This document shows positions 7,120 through 16,349 of a DNA stretch of 24,936 bases, piece after piece (within the stretch, counting starts at the first letter, position 1; every line of letters starts with the position of its first letter). This DNA is from a virus. Taxonomy: Duplodnaviria; Caudoviricetes. The notes under the pieces are model-generated. The model worked only from the letters and a program-made list of their open reading frames with translations. It was not told the origin of the DNA and did no database searches. Where the stretch lies: positions 1 through 24,936 of the IMG/VR virus record IMGVR_UViG_3300038379_000084. The stretch is one strand, 5' to 3'. A program made the translations under genes and the position numbers.

Positions 7120-8523
7120 TTACCCCGCCGCCTCGTAGTTGATGCCGACCGTCTGCCCCACCGCCAGACCCCCGGTCTCGACGTAGTTGACGGTCAACGT
7201 GCTGGACCCCACGCCCGAAACGGAGGTGATGTACCAGCCGACGTGACCCGTGGCCGTCTGGTTCAGGTTGCAGCCCGCCGAACCCATGCGCCAGTTGAAG
7301 CCGACACCGAACCCGAGCGACCCCGCCGCCGGGCCCACAAGCGTCGTGGTATGGATGGTCGAGGACGAGAAGAAGGACGAGAAACCGGGGCCCGGGGGGC
7401 CAGGCGGGCCGGCGGGGCCGGGGCCACCCGACGGCCCCGGAGGCCCAGGCGAACCCGTCGCCGTGACGTTCACCACCCCCGGCGACGGGTTGGTCACCTG
7501 CCCCGCCCCGGCCGCAGAGAAGTTGATGGTGTGAATGCCGAAGAAGTCCATCCCGAACGCGCCGGACGCGCCCTGGACACGCGACACCGCGCCGGCCTTG
7601 TCACCCGCGACACGGGCCGCGAGCACCTTTCCGAGCACCGTCGTAGTGGCCGAGGGGATGTCGCCCACCACCTGGTCCGACATCAGATAGACGGTCGAAT
7701 CGAACAGCGGGCGCGTGGGGTCGTTCCGCGAGAACACCTTCGGCACTCCAAGAAGCCGCAGGTTCGTCGGGGCGCCACCCTCGGTCTCGGTTTCGATGGC
7801 GACCACGGCCGTCTCGACGCCCGAAGCGTTCAGATAGAAGTAGCTCAGAGTCCAGATTCCGCCGGCCTCCGTGATGCGCCCGAAGATGCGGCTCGACACC
7901 GTGGCGTGAACGAGTTCGTCCCCGTTCTGGTCCACGATGACGACGTAGTTGCTCGGAGGGGCCGTGACCACACCACGCTGCGAAGCACCACCGCCAGGCA
8001 CCTCGCCAGCGAACAACCCCGTCACCACGTCGCTCGCCCCGGTGGGGGCGACGCCGAGCAGGCCCTTGTCCACGAGGTAGCCGTCGAGGTCGCGCGAGAT
8101 GTAGAAGATGCCGGCGATGTTCGTGATGTCGGTTGCCACGACCGTCACCGCGCCAGTCTCGGTCACCAGGATGTAGGCGACCGGGATGGCCTGGTCCGGC
8201 AAGTCCGGCCCGCCTGTGAAGCCTGGACCGCCCTGGAACACCGGCGCGGCGACTGCCACCTCGGTGCCCATCGCGATCTGGCCCGCGCCCGTGGCGTCCA
8301 CGTACACGAGGTCGTACCGCTTGAAGCCGGCGCCACTGACGCTCGCGAAGCCAGCCGTAGTCTGGTCGCCCGCAGTGAAGCGGTCGTAGACCCGGTACGC
8401 ACCAGCGAACAGGAAGCCGGCCTTGACCACTACCTGATTGCCAGGGGGCGTCTCGGGCTCCGCGCGGAAGAAGCCAGCGGGGCCGAGGTCAACCTGTCGC
8501 TGTCCGATCCTGTCGATGCTCAT
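7120..8523 (-). CDS. tail fibre-like protein with collagen-like segment
   Basis: 467 aa, Gly/Val/Thr-rich; KRYDLVYVDATG, IPVAYILV and ATTTVLGKV fibre-type motifs; (Gly-X-Y)8; small C-terminal beta domain. Confidence 0.7.
   Translation of the reverse strand: MSIDRIGQRQVDLGPAGFFRAEPETPPGNQVVVKAGFLFAGAYRVYDRFTAGDQTTAGFASVSGAGFKRYDLVYVDATGAGQIAMGTEVAVAAPVFQGGPGFTGGPDLPDQAIPVAYILVTETGAVTVVATDITNIAGIFYISRDLDGYLVDKGLLGVAPTGASDVVTGLFAGEVPGGGASQRGVVTAPPSNYVVIVDQNGDELVHATVSSRIFGRITEAGGIWTLSYFYLNASGVETAVVAIETETEGGAPTNLRLLGVPKVFSRNDPTRPLFDSTVYLMSDQVVGDIPSATTTVLGKVLAARVAGDKAGAVSRVQGASGAFGMDFFGIHTINFSAAGAGQVTNPSPGVVNVTATGSPGPPGPSGGPGPAGPPGPPGPGFSSFFSSSTIHTTTLVGPAAGSLGFGVGFNWRMGSAGCNLNQTATGHVGWYITSVSGVGSSTLTVNYVETGGLAVGQTVGINYEAAG
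7384..7455 (-). repeat. collagen-like Gly-X-Y repeat, 8 triplets
   Basis: GSP GPP GPS GGP GPA GPP GPP GPG. Confidence 0.9.
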
Positions 8524-8536
8524 GGTTGCCCCTCTA

Positions 8537-9469
8537 CTAGCTGATGGTCCGCTGGACGAGGTAGGCCACGTCGCCGGGATTCAGCGTGAAGCCTACCAGA
8601 TTCACGCCCTTGTTCCCGGCGGGCCCACCGACCGGCGCCGCGAGCGGCGGGTTCGCCTCGATGTACTGCCGCGACCGCACCATGCGCTGGCCGTTCAGGA
8701 AGAAGTCGATGTGCCCACCGCCCACCGCGAAGTCGAACGTGGCGGCCACGCTCGCCTCGCCGCCGACGAGCGACTCGTAGATGGTCTCGTTCGCGACGGT
8801 GCTCGGGCCGACGAGCGCGACGCCGGCGCAGTCGCCCGATCCGCTCGGGTTCACCAGGAACGTCACGATCCAGGTGAAGCGCATCTCGAAGCTGCTGGTC
8901 TTGATGATCGGGTTGAACGTCTTGCGCGCGAACATCGAGCCAGCGGCGAACGGCCCGGTGAACAGGCCGGCTTCGGTGTAGGTGAAGCCGTTGCCCTCGG
9001 TGGTGAGGAACAGCGCCTCAGCCGTGAGGATGTTGCCGTTCAGCGTGATGACCACGGCCTTGCGCACGCTCGTGGTCTGCTGGAGCGCGATGTCCGACAG
9101 CCCCGGGGGGTTGGCCGGGAAGGTCGGGTCACCGAGTTCGATGTAGTTCAGCGCGGAGTTCAGTACCCCGCCCATCGCGTTCGCCATGAGGCGCTCGGCC
9201 TGCGTCACGACGAGGTTGTGGTCGTCCTCGTGCGTGACCCACGGCCCGCGCTCACCGCTCGCGAGCACCTCGCGCGTCTCGACGCGGAGGTGACCCTGCG
9301 GGCCGCGCATCTGGTCGCCGTAGAAGCTCACGCCATGCACGATCCTGGCGGGGAGCACCACGCCGTCGGCACGCCGCACGAGATGCCCCGGGAGCGCCTC
9401 GCCGGTGAACACCTGCCCGAGAAGCTGGGCTTGACGGCGGCGGATGAAGTCCTCGGCCTTCCTGGTCAT
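8537..9469 (-). CDS. tail fibre/baseplate attachment protein (tail-collar fibre N-terminal-like)
   Basis: HNLVV....R, YIELGD, EGNG.TYTEAGLF, MFARKTF.PI.KT..F..RFTW.V.F pattern typical of myophage fibre-anchoring proteins. Confidence 0.65.
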   Translation of the reverse strand: MTRKAEDFIRRRQAQLLGQVFTGEALPGHLVRRADGVVLPARIVHGVSFYGDQMRGPQGHLRVETREVLASGERGPWVTHEDDHNLVVTQAERLMANAMGGVLNSALNYIELGDPTFPANPPGLSDIALQQTTSVRKAVVITLNGNILTAEALFLTTEGNGFTYTEAGLFTGPFAAGSMFARKTFNPIIKTSSFEMRFTWIVTFLVNPSGSGDCAGVALVGPSTVANETIYESLVGGEASVAATFDFAVGGGHIDFFLNGQRMVRSRQYIEANPPLAAPVGGPAGNKGVNLVGFTLNPGDVAYLVQRTIS

Positions 9470-9480
9470 CTGGCTCTCCC

Positions 9481-10329
9481 CTACCCGACCAGCACGACGA
9501 AGCCCGTGCGGGCCTCGGGGTGCGTGACCGTCACGCGGTTCTCGTTGATGTGCTGGATGAAGCAGTAGTCCGCGCGCCTCACCCGGAGGAACAGGTTCAC
9601 CGATCCAGCCGCGGGCGCCACGTTACCAGCGTTGAGACGCACGCGCACCGTCTGCCCGTTCAGGAACTTGTTCGCGGCCGTGACAGTGCTGCTGTTGACG
9701 ATGATGCCAGTCGCGAGCGGCCCCGTCACCGACACCAGACCACCCGTCACAGGCACGTTGTTGATGGTCGGCTGGTAGATGAAGTTCGGCGCGCCGGTGA
9801 GCGCCTCAGCCACCGACAGGTAGGCGCCCTCCACGAAGCCGTCGAACGGCGCGACGAAGCCGCCGTGATCCGCCGGTCCGACCGCGACCGTGAGCACCGA
9901 ACCCGGCACGAAGCCGGCGGCCCACTGGTCGGTCGGCGGGTTGGCCTGCGTGAACACGGCAAGCTGCCGGAAGGTGGAGTCGTAGGCCAGCGCCACCGGC
10001 TGCGACCCGAGGTTGTGGTCGATGATCCACGACGCGGACGGCGCGACGATCTGCGCAATCTGCTTGACCGGCGCGGGGATGTTGATTTCGATGTGCTGGA
10101 GGATCGTGCGCCAGGCGCCATTGATCCGCGCTTCGAGCTTGAAGTTTGCCGGATCGGTGCCGTTGACGCGAAGCTGCCCCTGCCGCGCGTCGAGGGGCTT
10201 CGCCGGATCGGTGGTGTAGTGCGTCTGCGCGAGCGCGCGGAGGTTCTGCTCGATCACGGTGGCGTCGAGGAACGCCGACACCTGCGGGGTGCCGTAGGCG
10301 AACAGGTCAGCGGGTTCGAGGTCGGCCAT
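9481..10329 (-). CDS. virion structural/fibre-associated protein
   Basis: 282 aa; WIIDHNLGSQP.....D and NRVTVTH....GFVVL halves of a common small phage beta module; located in the fibre cluster. Confidence 0.6.
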   Translation of the reverse strand: MADLEPADLFAYGTPQVSAFLDATVIEQNLRALAQTHYTTDPAKPLDARQGQLRVNGTDPANFKLEARINGAWRTILQHIEINIPAPVKQIAQIVAPSASWIIDHNLGSQPVALAYDSTFRQLAVFTQANPPTDQWAAGFVPGSVLTVAVGPADHGGFVAPFDGFVEGAYLSVAEALTGAPNFIYQPTINNVPVTGGLVSVTGPLATGIIVNSSTVTAANKFLNGQTVRVRLNAGNVAPAAGSVNLFLRVRRADYCFIQHINENRVTVTHPEARTGFVVLVG

Positions 10330-10332
10330 GCG

Positions 10333-11622
10333 CTACACCTGCTGCGAGTAGGGTCCGGCGTCGATGTCGAGGAGGTCGGTGCCCGGGCAGACGAACCCGT
10401 CAAGCCGATCCTCGATGATGACGAACTTGGCGGGGTTGCCCCCGCTCTCGTGGTCGATGGTCAGGTCATCTTGCCCGTCGTTCTCGTAGGCGTCGAGCAT
10501 GTACCGGGCTTCCAGGCCCGGGCCGAAGATCGACGGCGGGCGCGAGTCGAGGAGGGTCGTCGTGCAGGCCGTCCGGTCGTGCGCGCCGGGCCCCACGTCC
10601 TCCACCTCGAACGCGAGGGTCAGGTTGCGCAGGAGAACGTGGATCGGCCTTACCTCATCCAGCCTGTCCAGCACGGACCGCAGCACCTCGCTGTCCACGA
10701 GCGGGATCGGCACCCCGCCCGGGTTCATCAGAATCTCCATGTCCATGCGCGCCGCGCGGTAGGGGTACTCGTCCGCCACCTTGTCGTAGTCCGCCGTGAC
10801 GGCGCCAACGGCAGGCGCGACGAAGTTCACGAACACCTCGCCCGTCTGGTAGTTGATGGAGCCGGTCTCCCCGTTGGGCCCGACGAGCGGCGCGGAGACG
10901 CCGAAGAAGATGCCTTCCTGGAGGTAGCCGGCGGGCTCGTCCTTGAGCACCACCGAGCCGTCCGTGATGCGCAGGCTCCCCGGCACCACGGGCGTCTCGG
11001 AGAGGATGGTGTTGTACGCCAGGTTGCCGGACGGGCCGACGGGCTCCGCCGCCTGCGCCGACACCACGTACCGCTCCCGGTTGTAGCGGCTCTGGTCCTC
11101 GAAGATGGCCTTCTTCCAGAGCGGGTACACGCGGATGATCTTGAAGCCGACCATCCGGTAGAACACGTCGAAGCCCACGCGCTGCCCGAGCGACTTGTAG
11201 GCGTGGAACAAGCCCTGGACGACGACCCGCTGCGTAGCCTCGTCAAGCTCCTGCTTGATCCGGTAGCCGAAGCTCGCCGCGATGATCGGCAGCATCGAGG
11301 CCGGACAGTTCATGGGGTCGATGAGCGAGTCCATGCTCTCCAGGACGCCAAGCTCCTCCCCTTCCAACGTCTCGATGACGTAGAACAAGGTCTGGATGCA
11401 CGGCGACAGGCCGATGGAGTTCCAGACCGAGCGGATGTCCGCGGTCTTGTTCCACTGCGCGTCCGGGTCGTTCCAGTGCAGGTTGTAGCCCTGCATCCCA
11501 CTGCTCTGGTCCTGCTCCTGCACCTGCGGGATGAGCCGCCGGTACAGGTCCACGCGGAGCTTGTTGTTCGCTCCGCCCATGCGGTCGTCAGGCGACCGCT
11601 GCCTCTCGCGGCTATTGGGCAT
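10333..11622 (-). CDS. baseplate wedge protein (P2 gpI / T4 gp7-like)
   Basis: LIDPMNCP..MLP.IA..FGY, YKSLG, LDEVRPIHV motifs; follows the J-like gene; start placed at ATG 11622. Confidence 0.75.
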   Translation of the reverse strand: MPNSRERQRSPDDRMGGANNKLRVDLYRRLIPQVQEQDQSSGMQGYNLHWNDPDAQWNKTADIRSVWNSIGLSPCIQTLFYVIETLEGEELGVLESMDSLIDPMNCPASMLPIIAASFGYRIKQELDEATQRVVVQGLFHAYKSLGQRVGFDVFYRMVGFKIIRVYPLWKKAIFEDQSRYNRERYVVSAQAAEPVGPSGNLAYNTILSETPVVPGSLRITDGSVVLKDEPAGYLQEGIFFGVSAPLVGPNGETGSINYQTGEVFVNFVAPAVGAVTADYDKVADEYPYRAARMDMEILMNPGGVPIPLVDSEVLRSVLDRLDEVRPIHVLLRNLTLAFEVEDVGPGAHDRTACTTTLLDSRPPSIFGPGLEARYMLDAYENDGQDDLTIDHESGGNPAKFVIIEDRLDGFVCPGTDLLDIDAGPYSQQV

Positions 11623-14600
11623 CGCCCTCAACCTCCGGCGGAACCTCGGTCAGCTTGATCCGGCCCGCCACCGCGATCTGGTCACCCGCCACCGGCACGT
11701 CCCGCACCGGCGGGACGCCCGAGAGCGCGTCGTAGGTGAGCACCTGCGACCGGCCCGCCGCGATGGGCGCGCCGGAGAGCGCGGCCGTGAGGCGCGCGCG
11801 CAGATGGTCCAGTCGGTTCTGCGGGAACGGGTTCGCGGAGTCGCCCCACAGCCGCCCGGTGTTGTCCGCGAACAGGCCCTTGTCGAGCCCGGGCCCGCTC
11901 GGCGTCTTGACCCTGTAGACGAACGCCGAGTACATGAACGTGGTCACGTTCGTGACCTGCACCTGGAAGTCCTGCGGCGTGCCGACCGGGAGCGGCTGCG
12001 CGAACGTGAGCTTGCCAGTCCCCAGCGAGTAGATGATGGAGTTGTCGTTCTCGCTGTCGAGGCTCGGACCGTGGAAGGCGCCCTGCCAGTTGTCGAAGGC
12101 GTCCTGGAGCGTGAAGCCCACCGTCGAGAGTTCGCTGAGGCGAAGCCGCGTGCGACCCTCGCCGTCGTCGCCGCCGGCCGAGAGGTCCACGAGCACGCCA
12201 CCACCGCCGGTCAGCGTGCGCACCTGGAGGTCGAACTCGCGCAGTACGCCGTCCGGGACCTGCACGAGCCGCCCGAAGCGCGCCACGCCGCCGGCGATCC
12301 CAGGCGGCGGGTCGGTGTTCCAGGTGAACACGACGTGGCCCGTCTCGTAGATGACGAAGCCGCCCGCGAGCACGTCGCCCACGATGTTGCCGTCGCCGTC
12401 ATCGAACGCGATCAGTTCCACGCCACCGGGCTGCGTGCCGTCCTTCGAGAAGCCGCCCCAGAAGAACAGGCGGCCCGGCTCCAGCGGGAGGAACTCGGGG
12501 TTGATGTAGATGTCCACCGTGCGCGTGGACCACTCGACGCGCACGGGCAGCGTCGGCGCCGCGAGGTAGGTGAAGTTGAACACGCCCGTGCTGTAGCCGA
12601 TGGTGCCGACGGGCGGGCCGCCCTGCGTGAGCACACCCGTGCCGTTGTCGAGGGCGATCTGCGGGACGAACGTGCTGTCGATGAACCGCAGGGGGCGCGG
12701 GATGGGCGGGCTGTTGGGGATGACTCCCGAGGGGAGGGTCCCGCGGAACTGCGCAGAGGTCCCCACCTGGTTCCCATCCACCACGGCGCTCATATCGCCG
12801 GACCACGCGCCGAGGGGGCCACGCTTCACGATGGGGTAGAAGGTACCGGCCACGTCCACGAAGTTGACCGACCCATCAGAGGTGCCAATCTCCTCCGAAT
12901 AGGCGAAGAACACCTCCAGCTTGGCCTCGGCCACGATGACCGCGTTGAGCGGCGGGGCGTTCTCGAAGGTCGCCTCGAACTTGCCGTCAGTGTAGTCCAC
13001 CGTGTTCCCGGGGCCGGGCAGCACCGCGGTGTCCACGTCGCCAGTGAATGCGCCCTCGCCGTCGTCCACCATCTGCTGCGTGCCGTCGCTGACCGTCAGC
13101 GACTCCTCGACCACGAGCGTGCCGCGCTCCAGCACGAAGTCGCCCGTGAACAGCTTCGTGCTGCCGTCGCCCACGCCGAGGTTGATCTGCACGAGCCGCG
13201 AGCCGCGGATGCGGTCGATGTTCGCGCGGTCCACCCCGTCCACCTCCTCGATGGCCTGAAACAAGCCGCCGATGGGGAGGTCCACGCCCGGGCGGACGAG
13301 CGCCGAGTTGAAGAAGTTCTGGATGGCCTCGGTCACCGCTGAGAACACCACGGTGCGGGTGGCGCCCTGCACGAGCAGGAGCGACACCTCGATGTCCATG
13401 ATGACCACCTGGCCGTCCACCATCTCCACCGCCGTGGTGAAGGTGCGCTTCGTGTCCAGGAACCGCTTCATCCCGATCTTGAGCGGGGTGCCGGGCGTGG
13501 TCACGCGGCCGAGGTCGTCGCGACCCCACACGGCCACGCGGACCGTGTTCAGTTCCGGCCGCTTCTGCTTGAGGAAGGCGTTGGCGTGCGACGGCGCGCC
13601 GAACACCGTGTCGATGTAGGTGCTCGCGAGCGTGACCCAATCCTCCTTGCGGACGGCGCGGTCGTTGCTCTTGGCGAAGCGCGGCGCGAAGAACCGCGCC
13701 GACTCGACCGACTCGGGGGGGTTGCCACCGCTGCCGCGCTCGATGTTGCGCAGGCGCACCGGCGTGCGCGCACCGCTGGGGAGGACGCCCTGCACCGTCT
13801 CGTCCAGCTTCCCCGGCGCGATGTTGCCGCGCGCGCCGCCGCCCACACGGTAAGTCACCACGATGTCCGCGCCCGTCGGCGGGATCACGCCGAACACCCC
13901 GTCACCGAACGTGACGGTCCCGGTGTCGAACTCGTCGTAGGTCAGCGCGTACCGCTTCTGCGCCCCGGTCACGAGGTAGAGCACCTGGATGATGTCCCCG
14001 GCACCAGGGGCCGCTCCGTTCGCGGCCGTGCCGAACCGCACGCGCACCGTACCGTCGATGTCCTTGAACGTGACGAACTCGCGCGGGGCCCCGGTGAAGT
14101 CCTCGACCTGCTGCCAGACCTGCACGCCGGACTGATCGGAGCCGACGGGGAACACGAGCACCGTGAGCGCGTCGTCGTCATCGATGTCCGTCAGGACGTT
14201 CAAGAGGGTGAGCGTGTACTCCTGCGCGTCGAGGCCCGTGCCCGTGAAGGCGTCGCGCCCTTGCTGCGAGCCCTCCACGAACACCAGCGACGGCACCTCC
14301 TCCCACGTCTGCCCCAGCACGGCGACCGACACGCTCCCGTCGATGGTGCCAGGCTGCGAGAGCGGGAAGCTCTGGAACTTCGAGCCGTCGCTCGTGTAGC
14401 GGTCGGTGCGCGTCAGGCCCTCGGTGAAGGCGATCACGTCGTCGGTCGTGCCGTCCGGCCAGGCCGTCACGCTCGCCGGGATGATCGCCGGCACGAGAAG
14501 CTCGAAGGTGAGGTCGTCCACCACGATCTTCGTCCCGGCCGGGATCGTGATGGGCGCCGGCTGCGGAGGCTCGGGCTCCGCCAGGAGCGCGACGCTCGCG

Positions 14601-14887
14601 GCGGTCGCGGGCCGCATCCGGTAGCCCATAGCGCGCGAGAGGATGCGCATGGACTCCAGCGTGTCCGCGAGGTAGAGGAGCGAGTTGCGGAAGCGCCGGT
14701 CGTAGTAGTGCGCGTTCTGCTCGTGGAACCAGGCGACGACTTCGATCATCGCCGGCACCACGCCAGTCGCCACGGCGTCGTTGTAGGCGTACTGGCCGAT
14801 GCGCGCCTTGAGCAGCGCGAGCCCGCGCTCGCGGATCGCGTCCAGCGTGCGCGCGGTGAAGTCCATCGTGACCGTCGTTTGCGCCAC
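11612..14887 (-). CDS. baseplate wedge protein (P2 gpJ / T4 gp6-like), extended
   Basis: MDFT.R, A...ES...L.R.MGY..RP..AA, IPAGT, FGDGVFG.IP, YRVGGG..GN, GG.PPESVE..R..AP, RAV..EDW; 1091 aa. Confidence 0.88.
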   Translation of the reverse strand: MAQTTVTMDFTARTLDAIRERGLALLKARIGQYAYNDAVATGVVPAMIEVVAWFHEQNAHYYDRRFRNSLLYLADTLESMRILSRAMGYRMRPATAASVALLAEPEPPQPAPITIPAGTKIVVDDLTFELLVPAIIPASVTAWPDGTTDDVIAFTEGLTRTDRYTSDGSKFQSFPLSQPGTIDGSVSVAVLGQTWEEVPSLVFVEGSQQGRDAFTGTGLDAQEYTLTLLNVLTDIDDDDALTVLVFPVGSDQSGVQVWQQVEDFTGAPREFVTFKDIDGTVRVRFGTAANGAAPGAGDIIQVLYLVTGAQKRYALTYDEFDTGTVTFGDGVFGVIPPTGADIVVTYRVGGGARGNIAPGKLDETVQGVLPSGARTPVRLRNIERGSGGNPPESVESARFFAPRFAKSNDRAVRKEDWVTLASTYIDTVFGAPSHANAFLKQKRPELNTVRVAVWGRDDLGRVTTPGTPLKIGMKRFLDTKRTFTTAVEMVDGQVVIMDIEVSLLLVQGATRTVVFSAVTEAIQNFFNSALVRPGVDLPIGGLFQAIEEVDGVDRANIDRIRGSRLVQINLGVGDGSTKLFTGDFVLERGTLVVEESLTVSDGTQQMVDDGEGAFTGDVDTAVLPGPGNTVDYTDGKFEATFENAPPLNAVIVAEAKLEVFFAYSEEIGTSDGSVNFVDVAGTFYPIVKRGPLGAWSGDMSAVVDGNQVGTSAQFRGTLPSGVIPNSPPIPRPLRFIDSTFVPQIALDNGTGVLTQGGPPVGTIGYSTGVFNFTYLAAPTLPVRVEWSTRTVDIYINPEFLPLEPGRLFFWGGFSKDGTQPGGVELIAFDDGDGNIVGDVLAGGFVIYETGHVVFTWNTDPPPGIAGGVARFGRLVQVPDGVLREFDLQVRTLTGGGGVLVDLSAGGDDGEGRTRLRLSELSTVGFTLQDAFDNWQGAFHGPSLDSENDNSIIYSLGTGKLTFAQPLPVGTPQDFQVQVTNVTTFMYSAFVYRVKTPSGPGLDKGLFADNTGRLWGDSANPFPQNRLDHLRARLTAALSGAPIAAGRSQVLTYDALSGVPPVRDVPVAGDQIAVAGRIKLTEVPPEVEGDAQ

Positions 14888-14888
14888 G

Positions 14889-16334
14889 CTACACCGCCAA
14901 GTTCAGGGTGTTGTATTCGATGGGGGCGCTGAACACCCGGCCGTCGGGGTCGCCCACGATCTGGAAGGCCACCGTCACGACCACGCGATGCGGGTCGTCC
15001 ACGGGGGCCACGGTGCGGACCATGCTCACCTTGACCCGCGGCTCCTGTCGCCCGAGGTCGCGCTTCGTGTAGTAGCGGATGAGGCCCTGCGTGATGGCGT
15101 CGTTCGGCTCGAACACGAGGTTTGGCACCTCACTGCCGCGCAGCGGAGCGTAGGGCAGCGTGCCGATGGGCGTGGTGAGGATGTCCGCGATGGAAGTGAA
15201 GATGACTTCGAGGTCGGTCTTAGGTCCGAGCGTGAACGCCCAGGACGGCCCGAAGGGGTAAGCGGGCCCCGTGAAGCGCCCCACCCGCGTCTGCGGCAGC
15301 GCGCCGTCCGCGCCAAGCTGGCGCCGCGCGAGGAAGCGGTACTGCGCCGGCGTGAGGGTGTTCAGCGCGGAGTAAAACACCGTCGGCTGCGGGCCACCCT
15401 GGATGGTGACCGACTCCCCGAGCGCAGGGTCGTACATGCGCACCAGCGCGCCCTCGGCCAGCGACGGCGGAGTGGGGGGCGTAGGGGGCGCCGGGGGGGC
15501 CGAGATGGCGACGATGATCCCAAGCGGTCCCTGGAGCACCGTGCCCGCGAACTGCCCAGGCCGAAGGGCGAGCAACCCATGCAGCACCGAACCGGCGCGC
15601 TGCACCGCGAGCAACGCCGTCGGCCCAGGTAGCGCCGAGCCGGCGTACTGCGCACTGATGATGACGGAGACGACGCTCGACCCAACAGAGCCCGCGAACT
15701 GACCAGGCTGGAGCGCGAGAACGCCCGGGAGGGCCGAACCGGCGAACTGCGCAGGAGACGTGATGCCGAGAGGGCCAGGAAGCACCGAGCCCGCGTAGTG
15801 CGTCGGGGTGCTGACCGGGCTCGCGACCACCGACCCGGCGAAGGCGTTCGGGTAGAGGCTGACGAGCCCGGAGAGCACCGAGCCACCGAAGATCGGCGGC
15901 GTGATGACCAGCCCGCCACCGAGCGTCGAACCCGCGAACTGGTACGGCGTGATGCCGAGGAGGCCCTGGCCCACCGAGCCGGCGAACTGGCCGGGCTGGA
16001 TGCCGAGCACCCCCGGGAGGGCCGAGCCCGCGAACTGCGCGGACGGGTCCATCCCGAGCGGCCCAGGAAGCGTGGAGCCACCGAACTGCTGCGACGTGAT
16101 GCCGAGAAGGCCCTGACCCACCGAGCCGGCGCGCTGGGCAGCGCCGACCCCCGCAGGCGCCGCCGTGACCGACCCGCCGAACCCCTCGGGCGTGAGGGCC
16201 AGGGTGCCGCTGACCACCGAGCCGGCCTGCTGGACCGGCGTGATGGCGAGGCGGCCCTGCTCCACCGAGCCGGCGTTCTGCACCGGCATGATGGAGAGGA
16301 GGCCCGAGAGGATGGACCCGGCAAAGTCGGCCAC
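14889..16334 (-). CDS. gp25/gpW-like sheath initiator fused to an N-terminal repeat array
   Basis: C-terminal SIADILTTPIGTLPYAPLRGS....VFEPND...QEPRVKV is gp25-like; position just before J; 17 repeats and a Pro linker N-terminally. Confidence 0.8.
   Translation of the reverse strand: MADFAGSILSGLLSIMPVQNAGSVEQGRLAITPVQQAGSVVSGTLALTPEGFGGSVTAAPAGVGAAQRAGSVGQGLLGITSQQFGGSTLPGPLGMDPSAQFAGSALPGVLGIQPGQFAGSVGQGLLGITPYQFAGSTLGGGLVITPPIFGGSVLSGLVSLYPNAFAGSVVASPVSTPTHYAGSVLPGPLGITSPAQFAGSALPGVLALQPGQFAGSVGSSVVSVIISAQYAGSALPGPTALLAVQRAGSVLHGLLALRPGQFAGTVLQGPLGIIVAISAPPAPPTPPTPPSLAEGALVRMYDPALGESVTIQGGPQPTVFYSALNTLTPAQYRFLARRQLGADGALPQTRVGRFTGPAYPFGPSWAFTLGPKTDLEVIFTSIADILTTPIGTLPYAPLRGSEVPNLVFEPNDAITQGLIRYYTKRDLGRQEPRVKVSMVRTVAPVDDPHRVVVTVAFQIVGDPDGRVFSAPIEYNTLNLAV
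15504..16325 (-). repeat. 17 tandem 15-17-aa repeats, consensus (F/Y/R)AGS(V/A)xxGxLxxxPxQ
   Basis: Counted from the translation (aa 4-277); ~48-bp period visible in DNA as recurring gagcc/gaactg words on the + strand. Confidence 0.9.
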
Positions 16335-16349
16335 GGCGCGCTCCCGCTA

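Noticed and set aside
10327-10335. TAG recoding or read-through (many genes end in TAG; TAG-CGC-ATG is in frame here)
   Set aside because: Genes are full length under the standard code, most TAG junctions change frame, and one gene ends TAG TAG.
10395-10404. Third TTGACGGG word near the end of the I-like gene
   Set aside because: No -10 element at 16-18 bp and no spacer similarity to the two promoters.
15504-16325. ~48-bp periodic DNA as a CRISPR array or DGR template/variable repeat
   Set aside because: Units are degenerate, in frame and conserved at protein level; no identical repeats with unique spacers and no cas or reverse transcriptase gene.
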